A DNA stretch of 60,869 nt from Saprospiraceae bacterium (GCA_016787465.1 JAEUUR010000197.1:1-60869), one strand, 5' to 3'. Shown: positions 8,563 through 18,550, counted from the stretch's first letter. The notes: generated by a model from the sequence alone, not told the origin. A program made the numbers and translations.

Positions 8563-10032
8563 GTGAAAAGGGAATTTGTTCTGAATATCATTCTCCTGGT
8601 TTTTATCAACCTGTTGATAAAGCCGCTATTCATCTTTGGTATCGATTTGGGCGTTCAAAACCGATTGGGTGATCAGTATGGATTATATTTTGCGCTGCTA
8701 AACCTGACTTATCTGACACAAATCATCAACGATTTTGGTATCCAGAGTTTTAACAACAGGCACATCAGCCAGCATCCGCATTTGTTGCCCAAGTATTTCC
8801 CAAACCTGCTGGCCATAAAAGCAATCCTGAGTATAACCTATGTCTTGCTTACTTTTTTGATTGCCTGGCTTGGACTTGGTTATGGGGCAGCAGCATTGCC
8901 TTTGTTATTGGTGTTATTGTTGAACCAGGTATTGGTTCAACTGATTTTATTCCTACGTTCGAATATCTCGGGGTTGGGATATTACCGTCTCGACAGCCTG
9001 TTATCGGCACTGGATAAATTCTTGATGCTGATTACGTGTGGCGCCATTCTATGGGGAGAGGTAACTGAACTCACCCTGATGTCGTTCGCATGGGCGCAAA
9101 CATTAGCTCTACTCACCACCGCAATTGTTGTATTTGTGCTGCTATCGCAGGTGTCGATGCTTCCCGCCCGGCCATCCTGGTCGAAAAACTGGCGTGCTGG
9201 CAAACCGGCTTTGCTGATGTTGTTTCGCCAAAGTATGCCGTATGCCTTGGTGGTGTTGCTGATGTTCGCTTACACGCGGTTGGACGCGGTGTTGCTCGAA
9301 CGGATGGCCGGCGAAGGGCAGGCCGATGTGTATGCAGGCGCATTCCGGTTGTTGGAAGCTTGTAACATGTTCGGTTTTTTGTTTGCCTCGCTCTTGCTTC
9401 CGATGTTTGCTCGTTTGATAAAACAAAAAGCCAAGGTCAGGCCTTTGGTTTCCCTCAGTTTGAAATTGATTTGGGCCGGTAGTTTGTCTTTGTCAACGGC
9501 CATCTTCTTTTGCAGGGAAGATTTGCTGAAATGGATGATGCCCTTGCGTGCAACGAGCGACAGATTTGATGTACTCGGGGTGTTGATCTGGGCATTTGTA
9601 CCTGTGAGCGTCACCTATATATTTAGTACATTGCTCACCGCCCGCGAACGCATGATGCGCATGAACCGCTATTTTTTGATCGGGATTGCTATTGATCTTG
9701 GACTGAACCTGTTCCTGATTCCTCCATATGGCGCACTTGGCGCTGCAATTGCCGCATTGACAACGCAGGTATTTATATCCATTTCTATGGTTCGCCTGGC
9801 ATTTAAGGAATTTGGATTCAGTGCAACCACTAAGTCAATGGTTCGTTTAGGAGGCTTTGCTGCGTTTGTGGTGGTTTCAGGATATCTGGTGGGAAAAATG
9901 ATGGTTTTGCACTGGGGGGGGCGGTTTGGATTTATGCTCGTTGCCGGCGTATTCGGATATGTTGCGTTTGGTTTGATCAATTTAAAAGAACTAAAGCGAC
10001 AAATTTTTAGCGGACAAAGCGCACTCAGTTAA
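8563..10032 (+). CDS. MOP/Wzx-type polysaccharide (oligosaccharide) flippase family protein
   Basis: 489 aa with about 12-14 TM helices and a GTG start. The overall pattern is typical of polysaccharide-biosynthesis flippases. This is called from topology and composition only. Confidence 0.6.
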   Translation: MKREFVLNIILLVFINLLIKPLFIFGIDLGVQNRLGDQYGLYFALLNLTYLTQIINDFGIQSFNNRHISQHPHLLPKYFPNLLAIKAILSITYVLLTFLIAWLGLGYGAAALPLLLVLLLNQVLVQLILFLRSNISGLGYYRLDSLLSALDKFLMLITCGAILWGEVTELTLMSFAWAQTLALLTTAIVVFVLLSQVSMLPARPSWSKNWRAGKPALLMLFRQSMPYALVVLLMFAYTRLDAVLLERMAGEGQADVYAGAFRLLEACNMFGFLFASLLLPMFARLIKQKAKVRPLVSLSLKLIWAGSLSLSTAIFFCREDLLKWMMPLRATSDRFDVLGVLIWAFVPVSVTYIFSTLLTARERMMRMNRYFLIGIAIDLGLNLFLIPPYGALGAAIAALTTQVFISISMVRLAFKEFGFSATTKSMVRLGGFAAFVVVSGYLVGKMMVLHWGGRFGFMLVAGVFGYVAFGLINLKELKRQIFSGQSALS

Positions 10033-10041
10033 ACACGCTTT

Positions 10042-10049
10042 TACCTTTG
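10042..10049 (+). promoter_or_regulatory. -7 box TACCTTTG only 4 nt upstream of the ATG at 10054 (leaderless-type arrangement)
   Basis: Exact TAnnTTTG in the 21-nt spacer. The local sequence is TACCTTTGCTACATG. Confidence 0.35.
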
Positions 10050-10053
10050 CTAC

Positions 10054-11520
10054 ATGAATCAAAGAACTGAAAACTGGATTTTGGGGAGCATCCTGGCTGT
10101 ATTCGGCAGCTATATTGTCCTGCGCGCATTTATTCTGCCCATTACAGTAGATGAAGCAGCTACAGCCATCAACCATGTGCCCAGGCTGGCATTCGATACC
10201 TTGTTTTTTCAAAAAGAAGCAAATCCGAATAACCACATCCTGAATACACTGTTGATTAAAATCTTCACTGGGATATTTGGGTGGCATCATTTTGTATTTC
10301 GATTACCGGTATTAATCGGCGGCGGGCTGTACGCGTGGGCATCCTGGAAACTTGTTTTGAAAATGAGTTCCAATTCCTGGATCCGGATATTTTCCATCGC
10401 TATGTTGTTTGGAAATCCATACATGCTTGAGTTTTTCTCCCTAGGGCGTGGTTATGGCCTTGCGGCGGGACTGATGACGGTAGCTTTATATCAGGCATGG
10501 TTGTTTATGGAAAAAAATGAAGCCCGAAACCTGCGTTTGGCTTTCGTTTTTGCCGGCCTTTCTGTGTACGCCAATTTTACCCTGCTTATATTCTGGGCGC
10601 CGTTTACTTTTATGTGTTTGGTTTCAGCCTGGCAGTTGAATCCGTCGATCAAAACTTACTGGACTCAAACAAAACCCGCTCTTAAAACACTGGCAGTATT
10701 TGTATTGCTTTGGATCACCCCATTAAAACGGTTAAGCAAGGATTCGGAAATATTAAACTGGAATCAGCTCGGCACCTATTTTGAATCTGTTCAAAAATCG
10801 GTGAGGGCCTGCATCCATGCCAACGCCTACCTCGGCAGTGACTCCGACCTTGTGCTTACCTGGGTATTGTTGATTGGCATGGTTGCCGGCGTGCTGGTTG
10901 GGCTCAAGCGACTTTGGGATTCGAAGTTCAAATTATCGATAGAACCAAAAGCTTTTCTGGTTGTTCTGTTGTTGGGTGTTGTGGTTACCAATATTGTACA
11001 AGTGCGAATGACACATACCCCATATCTTCAATCGAGGCTGGCTTTGTTTTATTGGCCTTTGTATGCATTTACCATTGCCGCTTCAGTAACCTGGCTGTGG
11101 GAACGATTCGGGAAAAAAGCCGCGATGGCCTTGATGGCGCCACTGGCACTGATTCTTACTCTAAATACGGTTAGAACAGTGAACCTTCGTTTATCCCTTG
11201 AATGGTTCCATGATTCAGATACTTTTACGGTACTGGATTATTTGAAAAACTTATACCTGAAAGAGGGGCGAACAGAACCTTATTTAATTGATACGGAGTG
11301 GTTTATGCAAAATTCGTTCATGTATCACCTTGAAAAAAACACCTATGGTTACGCCAGGTATGCTAAAATTCCTGAGTTTCATGGAAACCGGCCGCCCATG
11401 AAAGAGGCCGATTTTTTTTACGGCATCAGCCCTGATAAGGTGCAGGAAGCCAAGACCGATTTCGATATTGTGTTCAGTGTGCCAAACAGCAGCCTGGTAT
11501 TATGCCGGCATAAAAGATGA
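10054..11520 (+). CDS. GT-C fold membrane glycosyltransferase-like protein (ArnT/PMT, family 39-like)
   Basis: 488 aa with a polytopic N-terminal two-thirds and a soluble C-terminal domain. An acidic DE motif sits in the first loop (ITVDEAAT), as in ArnT/PMT enzymes. Confidence 0.55.
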   Translation: MNQRTENWILGSILAVFGSYIVLRAFILPITVDEAATAINHVPRLAFDTLFFQKEANPNNHILNTLLIKIFTGIFGWHHFVFRLPVLIGGGLYAWASWKLVLKMSSNSWIRIFSIAMLFGNPYMLEFFSLGRGYGLAAGLMTVALYQAWLFMEKNEARNLRLAFVFAGLSVYANFTLLIFWAPFTFMCLVSAWQLNPSIKTYWTQTKPALKTLAVFVLLWITPLKRLSKDSEILNWNQLGTYFESVQKSVRACIHANAYLGSDSDLVLTWVLLIGMVAGVLVGLKRLWDSKFKLSIEPKAFLVVLLLGVVVTNIVQVRMTHTPYLQSRLALFYWPLYAFTIAASVTWLWERFGKKAAMALMAPLALILTLNTVRTVNLRLSLEWFHDSDTFTVLDYLKNLYLKEGRTEPYLIDTEWFMQNSFMYHLEKNTYGYARYAKIPEFHGNRPPMKEADFFYGISPDKVQEAKTDFDIVFSVPNSSLVLCRHKR

Positions 11521-12233
11521 TAACGACACCACAAGTCAATTTTCAGGATTTAGGCCTCATGAGGTATCAACAAGCCTGGGATTATCAGACCGCCTTACAC
11601 CGGCAGATGGTCGACTGTAAATTGGCAAACAGGCAATTGCAACCTGGTGATTATCCTCAGTCTAACTATCTATTGTTTGTAGAGCATCCTCCGGTGTATA
11701 CCTTGGGGAAAAGCGGCTCCCTCGATCACCTGTTGTTATCAGAAGCTGAACTAAGCGCACAGGGTATCGATTATTTCCCGATTAACAGGGGAGGGGACAT
11801 CACCTTTCACGGGCCAGGTCAATTGGTTGGTTATCCAATTCTTGATCTGGAATTGTTTTTTACAGACGTACACCGTTATGTCAGAAACCTTGAGGAGGTG
11901 ATGATCCGGGTGGTTGGAGCATATGGTATCAAAGCTTTCCGAATCAAGGATTATACCGGGGTCTGGGTGGAGCGGCCTCATGAAGCTGCCAGGTATGGTA
12001 AAATTTGCGCCATTGGGGTACACCTGAGCCGGTGGGTGACCCTGCACGGTTGGGCTTTTAATGTAAATACGCCACTGGATTACTTTTACAATATCGTACC
12101 TTGCGGAATTACAGACCCTGACAAAACCGTCACTTCTTTATCTAAAGAATTTGGACAAGAAGTTGACTTTGAAGGATTGAAAAAAGAGGTAAAACGGCAA
12201 TTTGCCGAAGTTTTTGAATGCGAGCTTATTTAA
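11517..12233 (+). CDS. lipB: Octanoyltransferase (lipoyl(octanoyl) transferase)
   Basis: Motifs NRGGDITFHGPGQLVGYPI and KICAIGV are present. Its ATG overlaps the upstream stop codon (ATGA). Confidence 0.93.
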   Translation: MITTPQVNFQDLGLMRYQQAWDYQTALHRQMVDCKLANRQLQPGDYPQSNYLLFVEHPPVYTLGKSGSLDHLLLSEAELSAQGIDYFPINRGGDITFHGPGQLVGYPILDLELFFTDVHRYVRNLEEVMIRVVGAYGIKAFRIKDYTGVWVERPHEAARYGKICAIGVHLSRWVTLHGWAFNVNTPLDYFYNIVPCGITDPDKTVTSLSKEFGQEVDFEGLKKEVKRQFAEVFECELI

Positions 12234-12236
12234 CCT

Positions 12237-12647
12237 ATGAAAAAAGATATTGAACAAAGAAAGGTGGATGACCTGATCATTGCAGTGGCGCCGCGTTTGC
12301 CTGGAGAAGAAGGGTATGAAGATTTTTGGGATGCATATATTCTCAACCTGAAGGACGAACCAATTCGTTCCGTGTTGGTAAATTCCACCGGATATGGCGA
12401 AATTAATGGTGAAATGCGTCGGACAAGCTCCCTGCGTTATTTTTGGGAAATATTGGGGCCGCTTCAATTGGAAAAAATTGAACCGATACAAATCACTCTA
12501 TTTCATTTGGCACACGAATTTTGGGTGAGCTTTTCCTTCGACGAATATTTATACGACAAAAAATATGTCTTTGTGCCTGGCAGTCTGGATGACAGGAATT
12601 TCACCGAGATTCCTTTCCTGGGCCGCCAAGGTGTGATGATCCGATAA
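12237..12647 (+). CDS. Hypothetical cytoplasmic protein
   Basis: 136-aa ORF starting 4 nt after lipB on the same strand. I recognise no motif. Confidence 0.6.
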   Translation: MKKDIEQRKVDDLIIAVAPRLPGEEGYEDFWDAYILNLKDEPIRSVLVNSTGYGEINGEMRRTSSLRYFWEILGPLQLEKIEPIQITLFHLAHEFWVSFSFDEYLYDKKYVFVPGSLDDRNFTEIPFLGRQGVMIR

Positions 12648-12649
12648 TT

Positions 12650-13090
12650 ATGAGTACACTGAATCAAAAAATGAGCAGCCCCATTTGGCAGGCTGTTGTG
12701 GTACTGTCAGCCACCGCCATTATTCTGACGGGCAATTGGTTGTTAAATCTCCTGTCGCCCCAATTTTCAGACGCCCTGTTTCCCTGGTCGATAGCTTCTG
12801 CATTTACCTTGTTTTTTGCCTTGCTGAACAGCTTGCTTAGTCTGCGCGCCGACAGTTTTGCCAAATATTGGCAGGCTTCCATGTACAGTTATGTCGTCTT
12901 GGCGTTTGGTACAGGCTTGTTGGCTTGGGCATTTTCCGGAATAGCCGTCGGCAAAGCCGGGTCATATAAGTGGATTTATATCGTGGTATCGATCGGATTC
13001 ATGGTATTCCTTTCCATGGTCAATTTTATGAAGATCATTGTAAAATTTGCCGAAAAAGAGGAGTGGAATCAACCGCGAAGCAAACGGTAA
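12650..13090 (+). CDS. Hypothetical membrane protein (4 TM)
   Basis: 146-aa ORF starting 3 nt after the previous gene, with four hydrophobic helices. Confidence 0.6.
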   Translation: MSTLNQKMSSPIWQAVVVLSATAIILTGNWLLNLLSPQFSDALFPWSIASAFTLFFALLNSLLSLRADSFAKYWQASMYSYVVLAFGTGLLAWAFSGIAVGKAGSYKWIYIVVSIGFMVFLSMVNFMKIIVKFAEKEEWNQPRSKR

Positions 13091-13144
13091 ACTCATGCCA
13101 GATATCAGATCGCAATATTGATCATTTAGCATTTTGATTTAAAG

Positions 13145-13681
13145 ATGAAACCATTTTTTTTGTTATTGACGGTCATTGCGTGTAACCACACACCCGTTCA
13201 AAAAAACGATTCCTCCTTAGCATCCCAATCCCCGGCAGCGAGGGCAGTTTCTGACTCCATCGTACCCGCACAATATGCTAATGGGAAATTGATCACGCTG
13301 GAAAAAAACAATGCCCAATGGGAAAAAGAACTCAATGAACTGGAATATTATGTGTTGAGGCAGGAAGGCACAGAACGTGCATTTAGTGGCGATTTATGGG
13401 ATCATCATGAACATGGAACTTATATTTGTCGGGGATGTGGATTGCCGCTCTTTGCTTCTGAAACCAAGTTTAATTCCGGAACAGGCTGGCCGTCTTTTTT
13501 TAAACCAATTGTACCCGATTGTATACGTGGAATTGTAGACAACAGCCACGGCATGTCGCGCCTCGAAGTGGAATGTGCACGTTGCGGCGGCCACCTGGGT
13601 CACGTTTTTAACGACGGCCCGGCGCCGACAGGCTTGCGGTATTGTATGAATTCAGTATCGCTCGATTTTGTAAAGGAATAA
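13145..13681 (+). CDS. msrB: Peptide-methionine (R)-S-oxide reductase MsrB with lipoprotein-type signal peptide
   Basis: Two CxxC zinc motifs (CRGCG, CARCGGHLGH) and the catalytic RYCMNS are present. The N-terminus LLLTVIAC looks like a lipobox. Confidence 0.93.
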   Translation: MKPFFLLLTVIACNHTPVQKNDSSLASQSPAARAVSDSIVPAQYANGKLITLEKNNAQWEKELNELEYYVLRQEGTERAFSGDLWDHHEHGTYICRGCGLPLFASETKFNSGTGWPSFFKPIVPDCIRGIVDNSHGMSRLEVECARCGGHLGHVFNDGPAPTGLRYCMNSVSLDFVKE

Positions 13682-13735
13682 CCCCTCGTTAAATTTTTTA
13701 TCAGCCATTCACAGAGTCGACATCTCTTCCTGGGT

Positions 13736-13743
13736 TACATTTG
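13736..13743 (+). promoter_or_regulatory. -7 box TACATTTG upstream of the carboxyltransferase gene
   Basis: Exact TAnnTTTG 50 nt upstream of the ATG at 13793. Confidence 0.45.
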
Positions 13744-13792
13744 CCCCGGCCAGGCACCATTTTCATCAGTAAGCAGTGCCTGGGCTTTGCTC

Positions 13793-15334
13793 ATGGAACA
13801 ACATATACATACACTGAATCAGAAACTTGCCGAGGCGAAACTCGGAGGTGGCCAGCAACGCATTGAAGCACAACACAAAAAGGGCAAACTGACAGCCAGG
13901 GAACGTATCCATTTTTTGATGGATCCCGACAGCTTCGAAGAGATTGGCGCGCTGGTGCTGCATCGCTGTACCGATTTTGGAATGGCCGACCAACAATTTC
14001 CGGGCGATGGGGTAGTGACCGGCTACGGAACGGTTGCCGGGCGGTTGGTTTATGTTTTTGCCCAGGATTTTACTGTGTTTGGCGGCTCTCTTTCCGAAAC
14101 GCACGCCGAAAAAATATGCAAGGTGATGGATTTGGCTGTGAAAAACGGCGCGCCATTAATTGGACTAAATGATTCCGGTGGCGCACGCATTCAGGAAGGC
14201 GTAAATTCTTTGGGGGGCTATGCCGATATTTTTTACCGCAACGTCCAAGCCAGCGGTGTGATACCTCAAATTTCAGCGATCATGGGCCCTTGCGCCGGCG
14301 GAGCAGTGTACAGCCCTGCCATGACGGATTTCATCCTTATGGTTGAAGGCAGTTCTTATATGTTTGTTACCGGCCCGAACGTCGTAAAAACGGTAACCAA
14401 TGAGGAAGTCAGTTCTGAAGAGCTGGGCGGGGCTTCTACCCATGCTTCCAAATCTGGGGTTACCCATCTGACATCGGCAAACGATATAGAGTGTATTGCT
14501 CAAATCAAACGTTTGTTGTCGTTTATTCCGCAAAATTGTGAAGAAAAAGCGCCTCACCTCCCTTTTGAAATTGAGGAGGAGTACCGCGATGAACTCACCG
14601 ATATTATTCCGGAAAACGCCAACCAGCCATACGATATGAAGGATGTCATTGCTGCTATCGTGGATCAGGAATCGTTTTTTGAAGTGCATGAAGCCTACGC
14701 TGAAAACATGGTGGTTGGTTTTGCCCGCCTGGCTGGCAGAAGCATTGGCATCGTAGCCAACCAACCGGTGAGCCTGGCAGGCGTACTGGATGTGAATGCG
14801 TCCAAAAAGGGCGCCCGTTTTGTACGTTTCTGCGATTGTTTTAACATACCATTGCTGGTTTTGGAAGATGTGCCGGGGTTTCTACCGGGTACCGACCAGG
14901 AATGGAACGGCATCATCACCAATGGAGCAAAACTGCTTTACGCATTTTCAGAAGCTACCGTGCCTCGAATCACGGTGATTACCCGCAAAGCTTACGGCGG
15001 CGCTTACGATGTGATGAACTCCAAGCACATTGGCGCAGATATGAATTTTGCCTGGCCTACTGCCGAAATCGCCGTGATGGGCGCCAAAGGCGCTTCGGAA
15101 ATTATTTTTAAAAAGGAAATCGATGCGGCGAATGACCCGGTGGCAAAATTGCAGGAAAAAGAAAAAGAATACGCCGATACGTTTGCCAACCCATATCGGG
15201 CAGCTGCCCGAGGGTTTATCGATGAAGTGATTCAACCCCGGGAAACGAGGCGAAAACTCATCAAGGCGTTCACTATGCTGGAAAACAAAACCGTCAACCG
15301 ACCCAAACGGAAACACGGAAATGTGCCTCTGTAA
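13793..15334 (+). CDS. Acyl-CoA carboxylase carboxyltransferase (beta) subunit: propionyl-CoA carboxylase beta / methylmalonyl-CoA carboxyltransferase family
   Basis: About 513 aa with full-length carboxyltransferase-type sequence ([27 protein letters not shown]). The track start at 13787 is a TTG, so the ATG at 13793 is preferred. Confidence 0.92.
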   Translation: MEQHIHTLNQKLAEAKLGGGQQRIEAQHKKGKLTARERIHFLMDPDSFEEIGALVLHRCTDFGMADQQFPGDGVVTGYGTVAGRLVYVFAQDFTVFGGSLSETHAEKICKVMDLAVKNGAPLIGLNDSGGARIQEGVNSLGGYADIFYRNVQASGVIPQISAIMGPCAGGAVYSPAMTDFILMVEGSSYMFVTGPNVVKTVTNEEVSSEELGGASTHASKSGVTHLTSANDIECIAQIKRLLSFIPQNCEEKAPHLPFEIEEEYRDELTDIIPENANQPYDMKDVIAAIVDQESFFEVHEAYAENMVVGFARLAGRSIGIVANQPVSLAGVLDVNASKKGARFVRFCDCFNIPLLVLEDVPGFLPGTDQEWNGIITNGAKLLYAFSEATVPRITVITRKAYGGAYDVMNSKHIGADMNFAWPTAEIAVMGAKGASEIIFKKEIDAANDPVAKLQEKEKEYADTFANPYRAAARGFIDEVIQPRETRRKLIKAFTMLENKTVNRPKRKHGNVPL

Positions 15335-15351
15335 TTCTATTTCTATCTATT

Positions 15352-15387
15352 AAAAAAAATACGGAGGCCGTGGGATTTCGGCCTCCG
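15352..15387 (-). terminator. Intrinsic terminator (T-run on the minus strand) between convergent genes
   Basis: Stem CGGAGGCCG/CGGCCTCCG (15362-15370 / 15379-15387) is preceded on the plus strand by an A8 run. Confidence 0.6.
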
Positions 15388-15414
15388 CAAACGCTCAAAA
15401 CATTATGGTAGTAG

Positions 15415-16545
15415 TTATTGTGTTTTGATGAGTTTGAGCGAATGAATTTCTTGATTGAGAATGGCATTCAACAGGTACATCCCAGGGGCCAGTGTTTCTG
15501 TTGACAAATTGAAGTTGCTAATGCCCGCCGGAATAAGCAATCGATTGATCATTCGTCCGTTGAGATCATACAGGTTCACTGAAGTTGGCTGATACGGATC
15601 GGCAAACGGGAGCTGTATCAAAACTGACTCGGTAAACGGGTTGGGCGATGCAGAAAACTCAGTCAACAATTCGATTGGTTCCTGAAACTCCTCAGCATCC
15701 CGACTATCTGCTCCACCCTGCAGCATGCCGCCGCCGCCACAACTCTCGTGTTTGTAAATCGGGTATTTGTTGCTGTCGCCACCAAGGCGTTTTATCTTTG
15801 CAATATTTTGTACACCAACCAAATAGGAGCATTCTATAGTGGCCGCCACTTCTTGTTTGTAGGTGATTCTGAGTTTGGTCGAATTGTCGGATTCAAAAAA
15901 CTGGAATTTGGTGGGGCCACTCCCAATGGTGGTAGGCTGAATTGCCGCTGTTATATCTCCGGTCTTGACCACTTTAAACCCACAGACGACGGTTCCGGAG
16001 ATGTCCATAACCCTGATCGTAAATTTGGTTGCTGTTGTACCCGACCAGTCGAAATCACAGCTGTTTGACGTTGTCAGGGTGCAAACAGTCGGACAGGTAC
16101 TTGGAACGGTAAAATCATTTGTTACCACATCAATAATTATGGTTTCATAAAAATCGGAGAAAGAAGATGATTCGCTTTCGTCTCCTAATTGGTCAATGGT
16201 CCAGATTTCACTTTGGTATTCGTTTCCAGCCGATAAATTCTGGACATGCGCATTGGCATTCATACCAAAGTAAATTTGATCATCTACGGTTGTCCCGGAG
16301 CCAGCCAGCCGTGTAATCACATGGTATCCGGCAGCTCCTGGAACAGGATCCCAGGATAACCTAGCCCAGGTACTTCCTACCTCATTGACTGTAACGTTGG
16401 TAGGGGGTGGAAGCAAAAGTAAATTTTTGCCTTCAGAAAAAAGCGCCGCACCCGATACGGAGAATGAAGCACCCAAAAACAGCAATAAAACAAATTTGAA
16501 CTTGCACATGATGTACATAATTGTGTTTATTAATGATCGTGACAT
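15415..16545 (-). CDS. Secreted fibronectin-type-III-domain protein with T9SS C-terminal sorting domain
   Basis: It has a signal peptide (likely start at M10/M13, 16518 or 16509) and an Fn3-like segment (PPTNVTVNEVGSTWARLSWDPVPGAAGYHV). The C-terminal ~80 aa are typical of Por/T9SS CTDs (SPNPF...LYDLNGR...LAPGMYLL). Confidence 0.8.
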   Translation of the reverse strand: MSRSLINTIMYIMCKFKFVLLLFLGASFSVSGAALFSEGKNLLLLPPPTNVTVNEVGSTWARLSWDPVPGAAGYHVITRLAGSGTTVDDQIYFGMNANAHVQNLSAGNEYQSEIWTIDQLGDESESSSFSDFYETIIIDVVTNDFTVPSTCPTVCTLTTSNSCDFDWSGTTATKFTIRVMDISGTVVCGFKVVKTGDITAAIQPTTIGSGPTKFQFFESDNSTKLRITYKQEVAATIECSYLVGVQNIAKIKRLGGDSNKYPIYKHESCGGGGMLQGGADSRDAEEFQEPIELLTEFSASPNPFTESVLIQLPFADPYQPTSVNLYDLNGRMINRLLIPAGISNFNLSTETLAPGMYLLNAILNQEIHSLKLIKTQ

Positions 16546-16666
16546 TTTGTTTTGCAGCGAGCCAAATTAACTTTGCCGCAATCAAATACAGTAAATTGTT
16601 TTGTCGTGGTGCAAATGTAGGTGCACTGCCACCCAGAAAATAGAACACATTTTTCAATGTTTACCG

Positions 16667-18130
16667 ATGGCCGGGATCAATAACTTTTTCTCTTTTGACT
16701 TGGTAATGTCCTTGAGCGAGGATGAGGCCAACGGTTTCAGGCGTTATCTCAAAGGAGAGGAGGAAAAGAATCACCTCAAAGCAGATCAAATTGAACGGCT
16801 TTTTGATGTATTATTTTCATTAAAACTCGAACTAAAGGATGATATTGAAAAGGACGATTTGTACCCAAAAGTGTTTCCCGGTAAACCATTTGTCCATAAC
16901 AAGCTGGAGAAATTGTCATCAGAGCTGAACAACTCCCTGAGGCAATATTTGTTGATGGAACGGTATTTAAAGGAAGAAAATGATGTTCAACGACAACTGG
17001 ATTGGCTGGCCGAATTGAGAGATCGTTCCTTGAGCAGCAGGCATCATCAACTCAGCGGAAAACTTGCCAAACAACTGGAACCAGAGCAAAATGAATCGAT
17101 TGACCGTTATTGGTTCCGCTTTTTATTGGAAAAGGAGCAGCACGAGTGGTTGGCCTTATTTAGCCCTAAAAGCGAACTGAACCTGCCTAATCTCCTGAAT
17201 GCTTTTGATGCTTTCTATTTTGCATTTCGAACAGAATCTTTAAACAGGCTACTTCTGATTTCCAGGTTCGCTCTGTTGTCGCCAGAAGGCGCACAGTACA
17301 TTGAACAGGAATGGCAGAACCAACATAATGGGCACCAAAGCCGGTTGTACCTGTCACTGTTAGCCAAAATTCATCTGTTGTTGAAAGATAACGCGCCGTC
17401 CGTGGAAGGGTTTCAACGATTACTTGAAAAGATTAAACAGGATGAGCAGTATATTGATGCCAATTCATTAAAAGGCGTATATAGTTATGTCAGAAGCCTG
17501 AGCACCTTTTTGATTGATTCCGGGCGGAATGAATTTGCCCCCCTTTTGCATGAAATACATAAACAAAACCTGGAGGACGGGCATTTTTATTCCCAGGGTA
17601 ATATTCCGCCTTCTTCTTTGCTGAATATCATAAAAATAGGCCTTAAAGTTGGTGAGGTACAGTGGTGCCGGGAGATCGTGGAAAACCACAAAAACAGGAT
17701 CATTGGCGATAGCCCGGAAAAGGACTACTATTCGCTCATGCTCGCACTCTGTTTTTTTTCGGAGCAGAAATATGAACAAGCTTTGTCTATCTTACCGTTC
17801 GACTCCAATTCGCCAACCTATTACCTCATGGCGCGCAGGCTGGAATTGAAAATTTATTATGAAGTCCGGTCCGACCTGATGCCATTTAAACTGGATGCTT
17901 TCAGGATGTATGTACGTCGGACAGGGATCAAAACGTTCCCTGCTGAAATGTACGAACAATTCGTGAATTTTGCCAACTTGTTACGTCAGCTGTACTTGTC
18001 ATCGGGGATTGTGGACCCATCTCGATCCATGCAATTGGTCAAACGAATTCAAAGCAAAAAACGGATAGCTGAAAGGAGCTGGCTGCTGGAAAAAGCTCAG
18101 GAATTAGGCCAGAAAAAAGCCAAAATTTAG
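16667..18130 (+). CDS. Hypothetical all-helical (TPR-like C-terminal half) protein
   Basis: The track ORF starts at a TTG at 16601. The first ATG is at 16667 (MAGINNFF...), giving 487 aa. There is no signal peptide or TM helix and I recognise no catalytic motif. Confidence 0.65.
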   Translation: MAGINNFFSFDLVMSLSEDEANGFRRYLKGEEEKNHLKADQIERLFDVLFSLKLELKDDIEKDDLYPKVFPGKPFVHNKLEKLSSELNNSLRQYLLMERYLKEENDVQRQLDWLAELRDRSLSSRHHQLSGKLAKQLEPEQNESIDRYWFRFLLEKEQHEWLALFSPKSELNLPNLLNAFDAFYFAFRTESLNRLLLISRFALLSPEGAQYIEQEWQNQHNGHQSRLYLSLLAKIHLLLKDNAPSVEGFQRLLEKIKQDEQYIDANSLKGVYSYVRSLSTFLIDSGRNEFAPLLHEIHKQNLEDGHFYSQGNIPPSSLLNIIKIGLKVGEVQWCREIVENHKNRIIGDSPEKDYYSLMLALCFFSEQKYEQALSILPFDSNSPTYYLMARRLELKIYYEVRSDLMPFKLDAFRMYVRRTGIKTFPAEMYEQFVNFANLLRQLYLSSGIVDPSRSMQLVKRIQSKKRIAERSWLLEKAQELGQKKAKI

Positions 18131-18522
18131 CCCTTTTTTTCCCGGACGTATATTTCCTGGTCTTTGTATTTCGAAGGGCACTTCAACAGCATTTCCGATG
18201 CTTTGAAGGTTTCTCCGTTCATTTGTCCGGTAAGTACAATGGATTCTGATCGTTCAAAATCCTGAGGTTTGGCGGCATGTAATTCAACCTGGCGGATTTC
18301 GCCAGCTTCATCCCGGAGCCAAAAAGACAAAAAGTCGGGGTTTTTTACCGGATCATAATCAACTGGGCGGTCTTTAACCAGGGTTCCGATGAGTTTTACC
18401 CGATCAGCGTTTTGGGATGCCTGGGCAAAATTGGCATAAGTAGTAACGTCTTTGCTTGCAGAAATCAAAATAGCGATTGCAGCTGCGATGACAAGTATGG
18501 CAATAATGTGTGATTTTTTCAT
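18127..18522 (-). CDS. CcmE-like haem chaperone domain protein, CXXXY variant
   Basis: 131 aa with an N-terminal membrane anchor, an OB-fold-like core and the C-terminal motif LLKCPSKY. This places Cys-x3-Tyr where classical CcmE has His-x3-Tyr. Confidence 0.7.
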   Translation of the reverse strand: MKKSHIIAILVIAAAIAILISASKDVTTYANFAQASQNADRVKLIGTLVKDRPVDYDPVKNPDFLSFWLRDEAGEIRQVELHAAKPQDFERSESIVLTGQMNGETFKASEMLLKCPSKYKDQEIYVREKKG

Positions 18523-18550
18523 GACTTGAACTAGCGAGCAGTGAATGAGG

